Assembly (NCBI GenBank): GCA_010672965.1
Contig: JAAHFN010000034.1
Location: 64,001 to 80,659 of the forward strand
DNA length: 16,659 bases
Origin: Oscillatoria sp. SIO1A7
Lineage (GTDB): Bacteria > Cyanobacteriota > Cyanobacteriia > Cyanobacteriales > Laspinemataceae
Reading direction: 5' to 3'
Part shown: positions 15,461 through 16,659 of the stretch, one piece after another
Layout: the number at the start of each line of letters is the position of its first letter
How positions within the stretch are numbered: position 1 is the stretch's first letter
The notes under the pieces: generated by a model
Database searches by the model: none
What the model was told of the DNA's origin: nothing
The model's input: the letters and a program-made list of their open reading frames with translations, nothing else
Translations under genes and position numbers: made by a program

Positions 15461-16258
15461 CTATGCTCCCATTCCCGAATAATGCTGCAATCCTCGACGC
15501 CAGAGAAAGCGATTGCAACCAAAAAATATTCCAATCCAAACCAGGGTTACTAAGAAAGAGCGACCCAAATCTTCTGGCCAACCAATTAACAGAGTTGCTG
15601 GAAAATGTAGAAGGTAGGGGAATGGAGTCCACTGTAGCACTTGTCGCACGGATTCTGGAAAGACCTCTAAGGGGGCAATGTAGCCAGATAAAAATATATA
15701 GAGAAAAAACGAAACCTGCTCGATTGCGGCTGCTCGCTCTATCCAAAAAGCGAACATAGCTAAGGTATATTGTATTAAAAAGCGGAGGATAAATGCCAGC
15801 AACAAGGCCAGACAAAATAGCAAAAACTGTCTGAGACTCGGGAGTACAAATGCTTTGGGATAGAGTCCGAAAAACAATACAATTAAGCCAATCAAGAAGG
15901 GCAAGCGAGCGAGCCTTTCGGAAAGATGGCCTATGAAATGGTGCCATACTGGATCTAGAGGCTGCAAGAGTTTAGGAGAAAGCTTTCCTTGTACTACTTC
16001 TTCTTCAAAGTCCCAGATTACCCAGACAATGGTTAGCTGTCTGACAAAGAAAATGGCGATAAAATAGCGCACGAAGTCAGTGGGAGTCAGTCCGCCGAAT
16101 TGTCCGCTCTCTGCCGCTTGAGTCCAGACGCCCATGAGGATGATGGGTAAGGAACCGGCAAGCATCCATAGGATTAGCTCGGCTCGGTATTCGAGCATGA
16201 AAGCATAGTAGGCGATCGCTAGGGTTTTGGCAACTCTGAAAAATCTGCGCATTTGCAT
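15461..16258 (-). CDS. ABC-2 family transporter permease (PF06182/DUF990-like), 265 aa; paralogue of 8840-9628
   Basis: MQMRRFFRVAKTL..YYAFMLEYRAE... with ~6 hydrophobic spans and the C-terminal WRRGLQHY motif, the same architecture as the other permease. ATG at 16258. Confidence 0.65.
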   Translation of the reverse strand: MQMRRFFRVAKTLAIAYYAFMLEYRAELILWMLAGSLPIILMGVWTQAAESGQFGGLTPTDFVRYFIAIFFVRQLTIVWVIWDFEEEVVQGKLSPKLLQPLDPVWHHFIGHLSERLARLPFLIGLIVLFFGLYPKAFVLPSLRQFLLFCLALLLAFILRFLIQYTLAMFAFWIERAAAIEQVSFFLYIFLSGYIAPLEVFPESVRQVLQWTPFPYLLHFPATLLIGWPEDLGRSFLVTLVWIGIFFGCNRFLWRRGLQHYSGMGA

Positions 16259-16338
16259 CGCTCGCTTTAGATATCGATCTTAATAATAGCTCTTATATCA
16301 TGTCAGTTTGAATGCCCAAAAAAAAATCTAGTTCTGCG

Positions 16339-16398
16339 TAGGACGGGCGTCCCGCCTGTCCGCTTGGTCTGGTATGGACTTTTCGCTGGTCCCGTCCT
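16339..16398. other. 10-bp perfect stem hairpin (gtaggacggg ... cccgtcctac) with a 40-nt loop. A second hairpin, cgcttcccg-gcctgt-cgggaagcg, lies at 16471-16494
   Basis: Seen directly in the sequence. On the minus strand the first hairpin is followed within 11 nt by T9 (gatttttttttggg), so it could terminate a minus-strand gene lying beyond the window end, upstream of the permease promoter. Confidence 0.35.
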
Positions 16399-16659
16399 AC
16401 AAGAGATTACAATTTTTTCTGTGGTTATTTAACCGGACTTGATATTAGGTGACTTCTGGGAAAGAAAGTACCGCTTCCCGGCCTGTCGGGAAGCGACGAG
16501 GAAACTCAAATTCCCCTCCTGGGAGGCAGGGACTAAGTAGTTGTACAAAATTAATTACACAAAATCCGCAAAACGTGGTATGCTAAGCATATCTGCTTAA
16601 AAGTTCGCGCATATGTCGAGCGCTCGTAACCGTATCTGCTCGGCATAGCTACCCATTTA

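Noticed and set aside
15426-15947. 173-aa minus-strand ORF, plus 15092-15367 (91 aa) and 15463-15759 (plus strand)
   Set aside because: These are out-of-frame overlaps with the ABC-2 permease or lie within the MITE-like and G-rich repeats. No independent support.

Overview
This is a cyanobacterial chromosomal segment. Three things support that: GCGATCGC (HIP1) octamers are frequent, several heptamer tandem-repeat (STRR-like) families are present, and the RNA polymerase beta-prime gene is split so that rpoC1 ends as a separate gamma-subunit gene.

The window begins inside rpoB, whose C-terminal ~760 aa are present, followed by an intact rpoC1. rpoC2 does not follow rpoC1. Instead a hairpin plus T-tract sits right after the rpoC1 stop, and ~3.4 kb of repeat-rich accessory DNA comes next. 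That accessory DNA holds two direct copies of a ~360-bp element bracketing an RHH-family regulator and a PF04185-type phosphoesterase. One copy is damaged by a 17-bp tandem array and a textbook 101-bp MITE insertion (12-bp TIRs, 7-bp TSD).

Further along, on the minus strand, are a 296-aa hypothetical gene translationally coupled to an ABC-2 (PF06182-like) permease, and a second paralogous ABC-2 permease ~6 kb away. Between the two permeases lies a lower-GC, repeat-bounded block. It carries an orphan EgtD-family (Methyltransf_33) SAM-dependent N-methyltransferase on the plus strand, set in very AT-rich DNA, and a nirB-nirD NAD(P)H-type nitrite reductase pair on the minus strand.

nirBD is framed by G-quadruplex-competent GGGGTGT x4 arrays, a large imperfect palindrome, a recurring TTGCGTAAGTCCTG terminal motif, and two copies of a ~140-bp nested-stem repeat that may be a structured RNA or MITE core.

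ORF-track coordinates include the stop codon. Several track ORFs start at TTG or GTG; refined starts are noted where an ATG alternative exists.
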